From the IMG/VR virus record IMGVR_UViG_3300027996_002186, positions 62,001-126,000 of that record: 64,000 nucleotides of DNA. The stretch is one strand, 5' to 3'. A model generated the notes under the pieces. It did not search any database. It worked only from the letters and a program-made list of their open reading frames with translations, and was not told the origin of the DNA. Every line of letters begins with the position of its first letter. The stretch's first letter is position 1. Below, in pieces: positions 19,185 to 28,725 of the stretch. A program made the position numbers and the translations under genes.

Positions 19185-21166
19185 TAAATCTTAAATTTAA
19201 TTGTAGCGAAGAAGTTGAATGGTGGATTAACAAAGAAGTGTCTATCTGTACCAACTGCGTATCCATTAGTGTAATAACTTTCATTAGTTATGTTATTTAC
19301 TCTAATACTTAAACTGTGTTGTTTATAGAATTTATAATCAACTTGAGCATTTAATACCACAAAATCTGGTGTTGTGAGTGTGTTCTCCATATCAATATAA
19401 GACTCTGAGTGGTACTTCACATCAAATCCAACTCTTATTCTATCTTTTGAATCTTTAATCACCACACCTTGGTTAATTATCAAATTAGGTGTGTATAATG
19501 GACTAAATTCTTTCCCATCATCATTAATTCTGTTATAAGAGTATGATGATGTATTAACTAATAATAAGTTAATTTTCTTTTTACTAAATAAACTTAAAGT
19601 CATATCTAATTCAATACCACTTCTAAAAGAGTTTTCAACATTAGTCATTAACGGTAAACCATTTGAACCAATTGCTCCTAATAATGTTATTTCATTTTTG
19701 AAATCCATATAGTATAGATTACCTTGTAACTTAAAGTTATCTAATGTTATATTAGTACCTAATTCATAATCAACAACCGATTCTGGTTTAACATCTATGT
19801 AACTAATAGGATCATCTTCTCCCATAAAAATATCATTTCTTGTTGGTTCTCTTTGTGATTGACCAACAGAAGCATAGAAGTTATAGTGTTTACATTTCGT
19901 GAACATTATACCACCTTTTGGGTTGAAGAATGTCCATTCAAATGGTGCCATATCCATAGTACCTTGATACTTGAAATCAACGTATCTAACTTGAGCATCT
20001 CCGAAAAGAGTAAACTTCTTTATATCATATCCGAATTTAACAAATGATGATACTTCGTTTTTAAGTCCTTTATTAGAATATAGTTCATCTGTGTTTGCTA
20101 ATACAGTCATAGCATGTCGTCTATCATACATATTACCACTAACACCAATATTCAATCTATATTTATTACCAGTTAAGTTATAGTTAGAGGTTAATCCATA
20201 GAAGTTAGAACCTAAATTGAAGTTAAGAACATCATCCCCTCCACCAAGTGGTAGTAAATCTAATCCCCAATCTCCATCTAATCTATTATAGAAAGCGGTA
20301 GTCGTTAAATTTGACTTGTTAAAAAAGTGTTTGTGTTTTAAGATAACCATACTTTGTGTAAAGTCGTCATTTTCTCTAGTAGTATTATAGTTAGTTCTTG
20401 GTTCTGATTTTATATCATCTTCTGAAACTGCGAACCAAGCCATTTCATTAGTTGTGTGTCCATTGAATGCTGTTATTTTAACAAAATCCTTTTCTCCATA
20501 ATAACCACCACTTAAAAAGAATGATTGTCCTTCACCACCTGAGTTATATTTGTATCCATCACTCGCGTAATTTGAATATCTAGTATAAAAGGCTGTTTTA
20601 TTTTTTAGTAATCCTGTTGAGTTTTCAATACTAACTCTATAAGTATTAAATGATCCATATCCAATTTGTCCTTCTGTTCCTTTCTTTAATCCCGTTGGTG
20701 ATTCAAAATTAATAGAACCAGCATATGAGGAAACACCGTTTGTTGATGTACCAACACCACGTTGTATCTGCATTGACCTAATTGAGTTTGTAAAATCTGG
20801 GTAATTTGAGAAATATACACCTTGGTCCTCTGGTTCATTAAGAGGAACCCCATCGAGTGTCATATTAATTCTAGTTTGGTCAATACCTCTCAATCTAAAG
20901 TAAGTATATCCCATATTGTGACCGCCATCTGTTGATGATGTTACACTTGGTGTTGTGTTTAATAACAACGGTAATTCTTGTGTATGATACATAACATCTA
21001 TATCATCTTTACTGATTGTTTTCTGAGTGACTGGTGTTTTAGATCCAGCTCTAATTCCTTGTATAGTAACTTCTTCAATTTGCACCATTGATGTGTCAAC
21101 CTTTAGAGTATCCTGTGAATACGATGTTGATGTTGCTAATAAAAATAAAAATAGTAATTTCTTCAT
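19184..21166 (-). CDS. TonB-dependent outer-membrane receptor (Bacteroidota vitamin-receptor type)
   Basis: Signal peptide; plug motifs RLRGIDQTRINMTLDGVPLNEPE and IQRGVGTSTNG; barrel end NNITNESYY...FFATIKFKI; coupled to pnuC by a TAATG overlap. Confidence 0.9.
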   Translation of the reverse strand: MKKLLFLFLLATSTSYSQDTLKVDTSMVQIEEVTIQGIRAGSKTPVTQKTISKDDIDVMYHTQELPLLLNTTPSVTSSTDGGHNMGYTYFRLRGIDQTRINMTLDGVPLNEPEDQGVYFSNYPDFTNSIRSMQIQRGVGTSTNGVSSYAGSINFESPTGLKKGTEGQIGYGSFNTYRVSIENSTGLLKNKTAFYTRYSNYASDGYKYNSGGEGQSFFLSGGYYGEKDFVKITAFNGHTTNEMAWFAVSEDDIKSEPRTNYNTTRENDDFTQSMVILKHKHFFNKSNLTTTAFYNRLDGDWGLDLLPLGGGDDVLNFNLGSNFYGLTSNYNLTGNKYRLNIGVSGNMYDRRHAMTVLANTDELYSNKGLKNEVSSFVKFGYDIKKFTLFGDAQVRYVDFKYQGTMDMAPFEWTFFNPKGGIMFTKCKHYNFYASVGQSQREPTRNDIFMGEDDPISYIDVKPESVVDYELGTNITLDNFKLQGNLYYMDFKNEITLLGAIGSNGLPLMTNVENSFRSGIELDMTLSLFSKKKINLLLVNTSSYSYNRINDDGKEFSPLYTPNLIINQGVVIKDSKDRIRVGFDVKYHSESYIDMENTLTTPDFVVLNAQVDYKFYKQHSLSIRVNNITNESYYTNGYAVGTDRHFFVNPPFNFFATIKFKI

Positions 21167-21182
21167 ATTTTTTGTTATTGAT

Positions 21183-21542
21183 TTATATTGATTGATTTAT
21201 TATTGATTCTCTGTTTTCTGATTTAAGATATTCGAAAAAGTCTTTTAGTAAAATATTTTCTGTTCCATCATACTCATATTCACTACCACTTCCTATATTC
21301 CCATAATTTATATTTGAGTTTTTAAACTCATTAAATTTTTCTTCTAATTTCTTACTCATTTCAGTGGATGTATGGATATCAATTGTATTGTCTCTTTCAT
21401 CTAAGTAAAAAGTGAACAATTTGTTATCTAATCCAGTTCTTTTGTGGTGTACCGAGACGAATCTTTTACCAAGTACCTCAATATGGTCTGAGTTATCACA
21501 TTTAAGTTCAATTCCGTAAAATGGTAAGTATAAATTTATCAT
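21183..21542 (-). CDS. Hypothetical protein
   Basis: 119-aa ORF with C-terminal RESIINQSI. Confidence 0.55.
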   Translation of the reverse strand: MINLYLPFYGIELKCDNSDHIEVLGKRFVSVHHKRTGLDNKLFTFYLDERDNTIDIHTSTEMSKKLEEKFNEFKNSNINYGNIGSGSEYEYDGTENILLKDFFEYLKSENRESIINQSI

Positions 21543-21562
21543 ATTAGATTAAAATTATTTGA

Positions 21563-22351
21563 TTAAATATCATCCTCTTCAAAATCTTGTTCGAAGCTAA
21601 GCATCAAATTAGATTCTTCATCTTTAACTAACATAAAGGTTTCGAATATACTGAATGTGATTTTTTCTCTCTCAGCGTTTATGCAATTTAAAAACCTTTT
21701 ATTAAAAATAAGGTTAGAACTTCTATCATCTTCTAAGTTATCGACTTCTAAATCCCAAGCTGATTTTTCAGAGAAGTTAACAATACCTTTATCGATACCA
21801 ATATTTATAATTCTCTCTGAGTTAATACTTGAAAGTTTTTTAATATCAGTGAAATCATCTTTCGTAAGAGCGAATGACCATTTACTATTTTTTAGATTTA
21901 AGTTCTTAGCTAACATTTCTTTATTGATTTCTCTAGTTTCATTATTGTGTTCTCCACCAACCCAATTAATCTTAAATCGACCACAAGATACTTGGAAATA
22001 TCTTACTTGATAAATGTCTCTATCATCGGCTGATGGTTTATAATTAAATTCTATTGTTACTTTATCCGGATCCTTGATCATACCAAGGTTCTTAACAAAT
22101 TTCTTGATATTAGGTATGACTAAATCTAATTGATAATCTAGGTCATCGTTTTTTATGAGAAATTCATCTGTTGGTATTAAATAGTTTTTGAAGGCGAGTA
22201 ATATATTCTTACCTAAGATAGAATACATTAATACATCATCATTATCTATTTTCAACCTAACACTATCATCAATAGTTGATAAATCACTTAATTTAGAAAC
22301 AAATGTATTAAATGTGTCTCCGTTTATTTTAAATTTTACTTTATTCGCCAT
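21563..22351 (-). CDS. Putative DNA polymerase sliding clamp (gp45-like)
   Basis: 262 aa with a repeated helix/strand pattern and acidic tail; size fits a clamp, and a clamp loader is present in the window. Confidence 0.5.
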   Translation of the reverse strand: MANKVKFKINGDTFNTFVSKLSDLSTIDDSVRLKIDNDDVLMYSILGKNILLAFKNYLIPTDEFLIKNDDLDYQLDLVIPNIKKFVKNLGMIKDPDKVTIEFNYKPSADDRDIYQVRYFQVSCGRFKINWVGGEHNNETREINKEMLAKNLNLKNSKWSFALTKDDFTDIKKLSSINSERIINIGIDKGIVNFSEKSAWDLEVDNLEDDRSSNLIFNKRFLNCINAEREKITFSIFETFMLVKDEESNLMLSFEQDFEEDDI

Positions 22352-22421
22352 TTCGTAGAAATATTATTACTAAGTATATCATGTAAATCTTTTTTTGTTT
22401 AGTTATTTTAATATATATGTT

Positions 22422-22748
22422 ATGGTAAAAAAATGGAATCAATTTATTAGAGAATTCATAGAGAACTCGGATAATGTTATCGATATTAAAATGCAAGAGA
22501 TAAGAACACTTATAAATGGTGTTTCTGATGGCCAGAACATAGTATATGAATGGGAGAATAAAAATGATCATCAATTAATAGTTAATTTCACTAAAGATGA
22601 TTTATCTATTAGATATGAATTTGACATCGATAATTTGATAGTTAAAAAAATAGTTGGTGATACTGTTGATTTCACCAATCAGGCAAAATCCATAAGTGGT
22701 GGGTTAATTAATATTGAAAAGGATATACATATGGTTTTAAGTATTTAA
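22422..22748 (+). CDS. Hypothetical protein
   Basis: Likely start ATG 22422 (MVKKWNQFIRE) just after TAATATATA. Confidence 0.55.
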   Translation: MVKKWNQFIREFIENSDNVIDIKMQEIRTLINGVSDGQNIVYEWENKNDHQLIVNFTKDDLSIRYEFDIDNLIVKKIVGDTVDFTNQAKSISGGLINIEKDIHMVLSI

Positions 22749-23129
22749 GATAGGTTTAACGTGTTCGTTAATTATTCTTTCAACTTCCTTTAACTTCTTT
22801 CTCGTAGTTTTAACATCTAATTGAATTCTCCAATTTCTAACAAGTACATCATCATCATCTGGAATTTCTTCGATTATTATATCGAAGTCTTCATCTTCCT
22901 TTAAAATTTCAAAGAAATTCTCATCACTTTCAAAAGAAGTCTTAAATTCTTTCATTGTCTTTTCATCAATCTGTTGATAAGCACCATAAGGATCTAGAAC
23001 CTCATATGTACCATTTTCGTTTGGTTCAAATATATGACCTTTTTCATAAATGACCTTTTCCTTTGAAAGGCCCATAAAATCAGTCTTTATACACCAATCT
23101 TCTTTTGATATAAATCTAGGATACTTCAT
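22737..23129 (-). CDS. Hypothetical protein
   Basis: 130-aa acidic ORF. Confidence 0.55.
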   Translation of the reverse strand: MKYPRFISKEDWCIKTDFMGLSKEKVIYEKGHIFEPNENGTYEVLDPYGAYQQIDEKTMKEFKTSFESDENFFEILKEDEDFDIIIEEIPDDDDVLVRNWRIQLDVKTTRKKLKEVERIINEHVKPILNT

Positions 23130-23153
23130 TTTTAATTTGTTTTTTATAAAATA

Positions 23154-23651
23154 TTAACTACGACCTAAATAGTTCATTAATTCAATCATATTCTTTATTG
23201 AATATGAAAAGCTTTCAAGATTTCTTACGGTGTCTCTTAAAAATTCTATATATGATTCTATTAATTCCATACATCTATCATTCTCGGCTAGGTGACCGTC
23301 TATTAAAATACCCTTTTCTCCTAAATTGGTTTTCATACCAAAACCCGTTGCATAAAAAACAAATTTATCTTGTCTAAGTTTCTTTATCTTAGTCGTTTCT
23401 CTACTACGTTTATTTAAAAAGAAGTTAATTTGTTCGTTAATTTGTTGTCTGTGTGTGAGAGCGTTAGCTTGAGCATCAAGTAATGGTTTAGCATTTGAGG
23501 GAATACTTAAATCCAAAGAAAGTACTTGAAATAATGGTTCCACATTTTTATTCCAATCTGTTCTTTTGTCATTAAAGAAGTCTTCTAATTTATCATTAGT
23601 CTCCTTTGCTTTTTTGATTCTCTCTAATTCTTCTTGGTTATATGGGTTCAT
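23154..23651 (-). CDS. uvsY: UvsY-like recombination mediator
   Basis: Helical 165 aa; C-terminal IEFLRDTVRNLESFSYSIKNMIEL matches the UvsY-type ending. Confidence 0.6.
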   Translation of the reverse strand: MNPYNQEELERIKKAKETNDKLEDFFNDKRTDWNKNVEPLFQVLSLDLSIPSNAKPLLDAQANALTHRQQINEQINFFLNKRSRETTKIKKLRQDKFVFYATGFGMKTNLGEKGILIDGHLAENDRCMELIESYIEFLRDTVRNLESFSYSIKNMIELMNYLGRS

Positions 23652-23728
23652 ACTTAAATATTTTTTTCATTTGTTAATCATACCTTTTATGTCTTTATCT
23701 ATGTTTTGATTTAAATATTTTTCAAAAT

Positions 23729-24007
23729 TTATTTATTTATTTCATCCATAATCTTTGAGATTTTGAAATCTCTTATGATTTTAATTGTTGAATTATCGAT
23801 ACCCTCATATATATCATTTGATGAGTGACCATTATTATTGATAATATTTAATACTGATATTAATGATTCTCCCATCTCATCTAGATGTTGATTGATAATA
23901 TTCTTCTTATTAATATTATTATTTTTTATATAATCAGAAATTATAATTATATGTGATGTTAGGTAATCAAGGTATTCATTAATTTCTAACTCTGTTGGTT
24001 CTTGCAT
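23729..24007 (-). CDS. Hypothetical protein
   Basis: 92 aa with C-terminal IRDFKISKI. Confidence 0.5.
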   Translation of the reverse strand: MQEPTELEINEYLDYLTSHIIIISDYIKNNNINKKNIINQHLDEMGESLISVLNIINNNGHSSNDIYEGIDNSTIKIIRDFKISKIMDEINK

Positions 24008-24073
24008 ATGTATCGAATTTTATCTAAAAATGGGTATTTTGTTTATTATATATACTAAAAATAAAAGTATCTT

Positions 24074-24805
24074 ATGAGTATAACAATAGGAAACCTTAAA
24101 AGGGTTATGAAAAACAAAGGATATAAATGGTATACAGATAGACCTAATATGATAGGAGTGAGAACCACATTAGATATACCAGATTCGTTTAATGATTTCT
24201 TCTGTATGGTTTATTCTATCCCAGAAATGCCTTCTACTTTATCATTAAAACAAAAACAATCTTTTTTAAATAATTGGGGATTTATAGGAGCCAATGGTAG
24301 AAAATTATCGGAGGATGGTGTTAGTGGTAAAAATACTGATTATGCTATTTCTCAATATGAATCTAAGAAGGGAAAAGAAGATTTAAAAATATTTCCGAAT
24401 ACAACTAACCCTGGGGTTTATTGGTTAAACCACCCTATGAATAAAATGGGATCAGCTGTTCTTAAACCTGGTCAATGGGAAGATTGTTGGTCTCGTGGAC
24501 AACACATAAAGCCTAGTCATAGAGCATTAAGACAAACTGGTAAGATAACAGTTTATAGAGATAATGATAAAGATAATAATTATGACTTGAATGAGTCTAA
24601 TACACAAAATGGTTTATTTGGTATAAATATTCATGGTTCTGGTAGAAAGTACCCTTCTAAACAAATTGGTAAATGGTCTGCTGGTTGTCAAGTTTTCTCT
24701 AATTGGGAACATAAAGAGTTTGTGATGGATGTTTGTGATAATTTCAAAGCACACACTGGTAATAAATTTACTTATACATTAATAGATGAAGTTGATTTAG
24801 TTTAA
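24074..24805 (+). CDS. Putative endolysin / L,D-transpeptidase-like peptidoglycan hydrolase
   Basis: GLFGINIH...WSAGCQV (His...Cys pair); inserted EDGVSGKNT segment resembling a peptidoglycan-binding helix motif. Confidence 0.6.
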   Translation: MSITIGNLKRVMKNKGYKWYTDRPNMIGVRTTLDIPDSFNDFFCMVYSIPEMPSTLSLKQKQSFLNNWGFIGANGRKLSEDGVSGKNTDYAISQYESKKGKEDLKIFPNTTNPGVYWLNHPMNKMGSAVLKPGQWEDCWSRGQHIKPSHRALRQTGKITVYRDNDKDNNYDLNESNTQNGLFGINIHGSGRKYPSKQIGKWSAGCQVFSNWEHKEFVMDVCDNFKAHTGNKFTYTLIDEVDLV

Positions 24806-24819
24806 AACTAAAATAAAGT

Positions 24820-24850
24820 AAAAACCCACTCAGATTTTGAGTGGTTTTTT
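24820..24850. terminator. Bidirectional terminator
   Basis: A5-CCCACTCA-gatt-TTGAGTGG-T6 between convergent genes. Confidence 0.75.
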
Positions 24851-25172
24851 ATGCTTTTTTATTTATTTTGTCATATAACTTTTTGAAATGATCTCTTATC
24901 ATTCTTTTAGTAACTTCTTCTAAAGATAAAATGTTATTAACTTCGTTAAGAAAATCTTCTAATCCTAAATCATCCATGAATTCTTTGGTGAATTCTTTGT
25001 TTAATTCTCTTAGTATTGTTCTTGAATCTATTTTCTTATCCATGTTCAAAAGTATAGAAGTTCTATATTCTTTTAATCTAAATAATAAATTATCATTTAT
25101 CTGTGATAATGTATTTTCATCCAAATCAGACATTTTTAATTCTTCGTTAAACTTTTTGAAATTATAAATCAT
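24849..25172 (-). CDS. Hypothetical protein
   Basis: Likely start MIYNFKKFNEE at 25172. Confidence 0.5.
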   Translation of the reverse strand: MIYNFKKFNEELKMSDLDENTLSQINDNLLFRLKEYRTSILLNMDKKIDSRTILRELNKEFTKEFMDDLGLEDFLNEVNNILSLEEVTKRMIRDHFKKLYDKINKKA

Positions 25173-25176
25173 ATTA

Positions 25177-26079
25177 TTATACTTTTTCGTCAAATAGATA
25201 AAGGTCATATAGTGAATTGCCTTTAACTCTTTTAATATTTTTTAATACATCTCCTGTTATAGAGTCTAATACTTTATAAACTCCTAATTGTGTACCTTTG
25301 TCTGTTAAAACTTTAACTGTATTTCCTGGTTGACCAAGTGCTCCTAAAATAGCAATATATTTATTACCATAAATACTTTTAAGAAAAGACATTCTTAACC
25401 CAACCATATCCTTAATATTATTGATATAAGCATTTTCCATTGGGTTTGTTAAATCTACTTGACTGTCAGCATCTTTAACTTTAATTATAGCGAATTTTCT
25501 ATTTTCATCTCCAATAGTAACCTCTTCTCTACTTTGAATCTTATCTTGTTTAACAAGGTTTTGTTGGTTTCTTCTTATTTCATTGAAATCAGCACGTGCT
25601 ATCATACCACCTCTCATTCCTTTATCATTCATATTGTATCCGTTTGGTGGAAGTCTATAAAATGAACCAGTAAATGTCATTGACAATACTCTATCAGTTC
25701 TAAAAAGTCTCCATATCTTATTAATGTGTCTTTTTTGTGATACTGACCAACCATTTAAGTGCCATCCTCTAAGTAAAGTCTTACCTTTTGATGACCTACC
25801 TAATACCATTGGATATATAACTCTTTCATGGCCAGCAAAATGAGAATCCTTTTCTCCTTTGTAGTTAAGTAAGAATATCATACCATATTTAATAGCTTTA
25901 ATCATTAATTCATCCGAATATTTAACTGGTTCGTTAATAGGAATATTTGCTATATCTCTAACATTCTTTAATGAAAATCTAGGAACAAACTCTTGATTTT
26001 CAATCAAGTCATATTTTTCTTTAATAATAAACTCAACTGGTTTTGTGTTGTAATATGCTCTTACTTGTCTTAAATTCAT
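25177..26079 (-). CDS. WYL-domain protein
   Basis: Y...ERVIYPMVLG...LLRGW...WRLFRTDRV, a WYL-like pattern; no HTH seen. Confidence 0.65.
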   Translation of the reverse strand: MNLRQVRAYYNTKPVEFIIKEKYDLIENQEFVPRFSLKNVRDIANIPINEPVKYSDELMIKAIKYGMIFLLNYKGEKDSHFAGHERVIYPMVLGRSSKGKTLLRGWHLNGWSVSQKRHINKIWRLFRTDRVLSMTFTGSFYRLPPNGYNMNDKGMRGGMIARADFNEIRRNQQNLVKQDKIQSREEVTIGDENRKFAIIKVKDADSQVDLTNPMENAYINNIKDMVGLRMSFLKSIYGNKYIAILGALGQPGNTVKVLTDKGTQLGVYKVLDSITGDVLKNIKRVKGNSLYDLYLFDEKV

Positions 26080-26150
26080 GTCTTATATATTAAAATTAAC
26101 CTTTAGCTAAAAAGGATGAGTTGATGAAATAAATATCTTCCCACTCAGGA

Positions 26151-26237
26151 TCACGACCACTTGTATTTTTTTAGTAGTATATCATAAACATCTGATTTTA
26201 TATCATTACTTTCGTTAAATTTTCTTAGATATTTCAT
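26151..26237 (-). pseudogene. Truncated tagged mini-ORF
   Basis: MKYLRKFNESNDIKSDVYDILLKKYKWS*, with an ATGA overlap to the upstream methyltransferase gene. Confidence 0.4.
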
Positions 26238-26806
26238 GTCTTAGCAACTATTTCTAACCATTTTGATTGATTATCATAAAGAATTCCTTCCTTTATCTCA
26301 GATGAAACTATCTCAAATTCATTTGATACTAAATCTTCCCAAGTTTCTTTATTAAATATTGTTTTACCTGTTTGTATATCATTTACTAACTTAACAGTAA
26401 ATACTAAATACTCTTTTGTGATTCTACTAATGTCTTTGAATATACTTTGTAATTCTGACTCACTGAAATAGTGAAGTCCTAATCTAGAATAAACTAAATC
26501 AAATGAATTATCAGGAAATGGGAATTTGTTTTTGGTGTCGTGTTTAACACAGTTAATCTTCTGATTAACGTGGTCTACATATTGTTGATTGTTTTCTGTT
26601 CCGAATACTACATATCCTCTTTTTAAGAGTTCTAAAGCATCAGCCCCGTTACCACAAGAAATTTCTAAGATAGAACCACTTGAAATAAGTGATTGTATTT
26701 TCTCTACTAACTCAATATCAGCATTGTCATCTAACTTTAGTAGAGTGTCTTGATTATTTAATTCTTCTTGATTCTCGAATATTTTTCTAGTGAGTAAGTG
26801 TTTCAT
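26234..26806 (-). CDS. Class I SAM-dependent methyltransferase
   Basis: ILEISCGNG, FPFPDNSFDLVYSRLGLHY. Confidence 0.85.
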   Translation of the reverse strand: MKHLLTRKIFENQEELNNQDTLLKLDDNADIELVEKIQSLISSGSILEISCGNGADALELLKRGYVVFGTENNQQYVDHVNQKINCVKHDTKNKFPFPDNSFDLVYSRLGLHYFSESELQSIFKDISRITKEYLVFTVKLVNDIQTGKTIFNKETWEDLVSNEFEIVSSEIKEGILYDNQSKWLEIVAKT

Positions 26807-26822
26807 TAGAGTATATATAAAA

Positions 26823-27545
26823 CTACTCTAATCTTTTTTTAGTTAAGTCAATAGCTTTCTGATTTATATCACATCCAATGAAATCCCTCTTTAGCTCCTT
26901 ACAAACAACAGCACATGTACCGCTTCCTAGGTAAAAATCAGCTACCAAATCACCTTCATCTGACGAAGCTCTTATTATTCTATCAATAAGTTCTTTCGGT
27001 TTCTGTGTATCATATCCAACTCGCTCCTTCTTATCGTTTTGTCCTAGAATATTCATTTTCCATACATCACCAATTACTTTACCGTCTTTGTGATAGTACT
27101 TTTCTTTAGCATAACCTCTTGGTGCACTTTTAGCATAAGGTTCTCTGATTGGGTTGAACTTATAATTGTTACTTTTAGTGAATCGGTATATTATATCATG
27201 TCTTTTTCCAAAATCTAATTTCTTTCTGGGAGCTGTATTGTAATTCCATATGATTTCGTTTCTCATATTATCATACCCGAATATGTCTTCCATTATACAA
27301 CGTATCCAGTGATTGATTTTAGTATCCATTTGTAGGTATATGGTTCCTGTATCCTTTAATACGCGGTGCATCTCCTTTAATCTAGGTATATAGTGTTCTT
27401 CTATATCAGATTTTATGGGTTTTAAGTCTTGGTAGTCTTTGAATTTCCTACCAGTCCCATATAAGATATCTACGTATATCAAATCTATTGAGTTGTCATC
27501 TAATGTTTTTAGTAAATCAAGATTATCTTGGCATGATATGTTCAT
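26823..27545 (-). CDS. N6-adenine/N4-cytosine DNA methyltransferase (beta class)
   Basis: DLIYVDILY at the DPPY position, TQKPKELIDRII, DFYLGSGT, FIGCD. Confidence 0.85.
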   Translation of the reverse strand: MNISCQDNLDLLKTLDDNSIDLIYVDILYGTGRKFKDYQDLKPIKSDIEEHYIPRLKEMHRVLKDTGTIYLQMDTKINHWIRCIMEDIFGYDNMRNEIIWNYNTAPRKKLDFGKRHDIIYRFTKSNNYKFNPIREPYAKSAPRGYAKEKYYHKDGKVIGDVWKMNILGQNDKKERVGYDTQKPKELIDRIIRASSDEGDLVADFYLGSGTCAVVCKELKRDFIGCDINQKAIDLTKKRLE

Positions 27546-27593
27546 ATTATGTTTATAGTTAAATTATAATTTTTGTTTTTTATATATAGTGTT

Positions 27594-27914
27594 ATGAATC
27601 ATATTAAAAAATACGAATCTTTCGATTTTAGTAATACTTTACCAATATCATCTAAATCAGACTTAACAATGTATTATAATTGCAATGTTTGTAATGCTCT
27701 TTGGGAATCATTTAATGATCCTTGTGTTAAGTGTAGATTTTGTGATACGGGTAACATTAAAGAATTGGATGAAGATGGTTACTATGATATGGTTGAGTCA
27801 AGGTTAGAGGATGATGAAGTAGAAGATTTGAGAAGTGAGAGGGAAGATAGTAAAGATAAATTTGTTAATTTATTATCATTAAAAGCAAAAGAGAAGAAAA
27901 AGTATGTCAATTAA
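27594..27914 (+). CDS. Zn-ribbon protein
   Basis: CNVC...CVKCRFC; likely start MNHIKKYESF at 27594. Confidence 0.55.
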   Translation: MNHIKKYESFDFSNTLPISSKSDLTMYYNCNVCNALWESFNDPCVKCRFCDTGNIKELDEDGYYDMVESRLEDDEVEDLRSEREDSKDKFVNLLSLKAKEKKKYVN

Positions 27915-28614
27915 TAACAGAGAAGATGCTAATAAGTATTATCAAATAATGAATGAGCTTGTTGATGAGTATATCGATAAGTGGAAAATACGTCCTGCTA
28001 AATTGAAAAAGTATCTTTCTCCTGGTTCTAGTAGGTTTAATAGATTTCTAGAAAGAAATAAATTAGGTGATATTAAAGGTGCTGGTACTATACTAACTGA
28101 TATAATTGATGATAGGTTCAGTATGGAGTCTGATGGTGTTCTTACATTTGAGAATCACAAGTTCTTAGAATCTGCTGAATTTAAAATACAATCATTAAAA
28201 CAATGTCTTTATAAAGGTATTGAGAAGGCTGATATTAAAATGGAAAAAATAATAGCTGATTATCACGATACTAATTTAGGTGAAATAGATGTTGTTGATT
28301 CTGATAAACATTTATTTAAAATTTCTTCTTGGGGAAATGATGGTTCCAATATTGTCATTTATTCAAAAGAGGATATTGATTTAATAGTAAGTAATATGAT
28401 AGACCATTTATTTGATGAATTGTCTAAAAATAAAGTTGAATTAACTGATTCAATTTCTATTGATCTTTCTGATTTGATTAAAAAAGAAAATTTTGAAGAT
28501 AAAATGAATTCAATTTTTAATAAAGAATTTTCAACAAAGGTTATTACTGATTGTTTAGGTGAAGAATGTCAGTTTGATGGTGAATTAAATGGATTTTTAC
28601 TATGGTCTATGTAA
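27904..28614 (+). CDS. Hypothetical protein
   Basis: 236-aa ORF overlapping the previous gene. Confidence 0.55.
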   Translation: MSINNREDANKYYQIMNELVDEYIDKWKIRPAKLKKYLSPGSSRFNRFLERNKLGDIKGAGTILTDIIDDRFSMESDGVLTFENHKFLESAEFKIQSLKQCLYKGIEKADIKMEKIIADYHDTNLGEIDVVDSDKHLFKISSWGNDGSNIVIYSKEDIDLIVSNMIDHLFDELSKNKVELTDSISIDLSDLIKKENFEDKMNSIFNKEFSTKVITDCLGEECQFDGELNGFLLWSM

Positions 28615-28725
28615 AACATGTAACATCATGATACCACTTTAACTATAATTTCGTATTTATATTTATCTTAATATACCATTAATAGATTTAAAATTTAATA
28701 TATAAAAGAAAGAAATTAGTATTTT

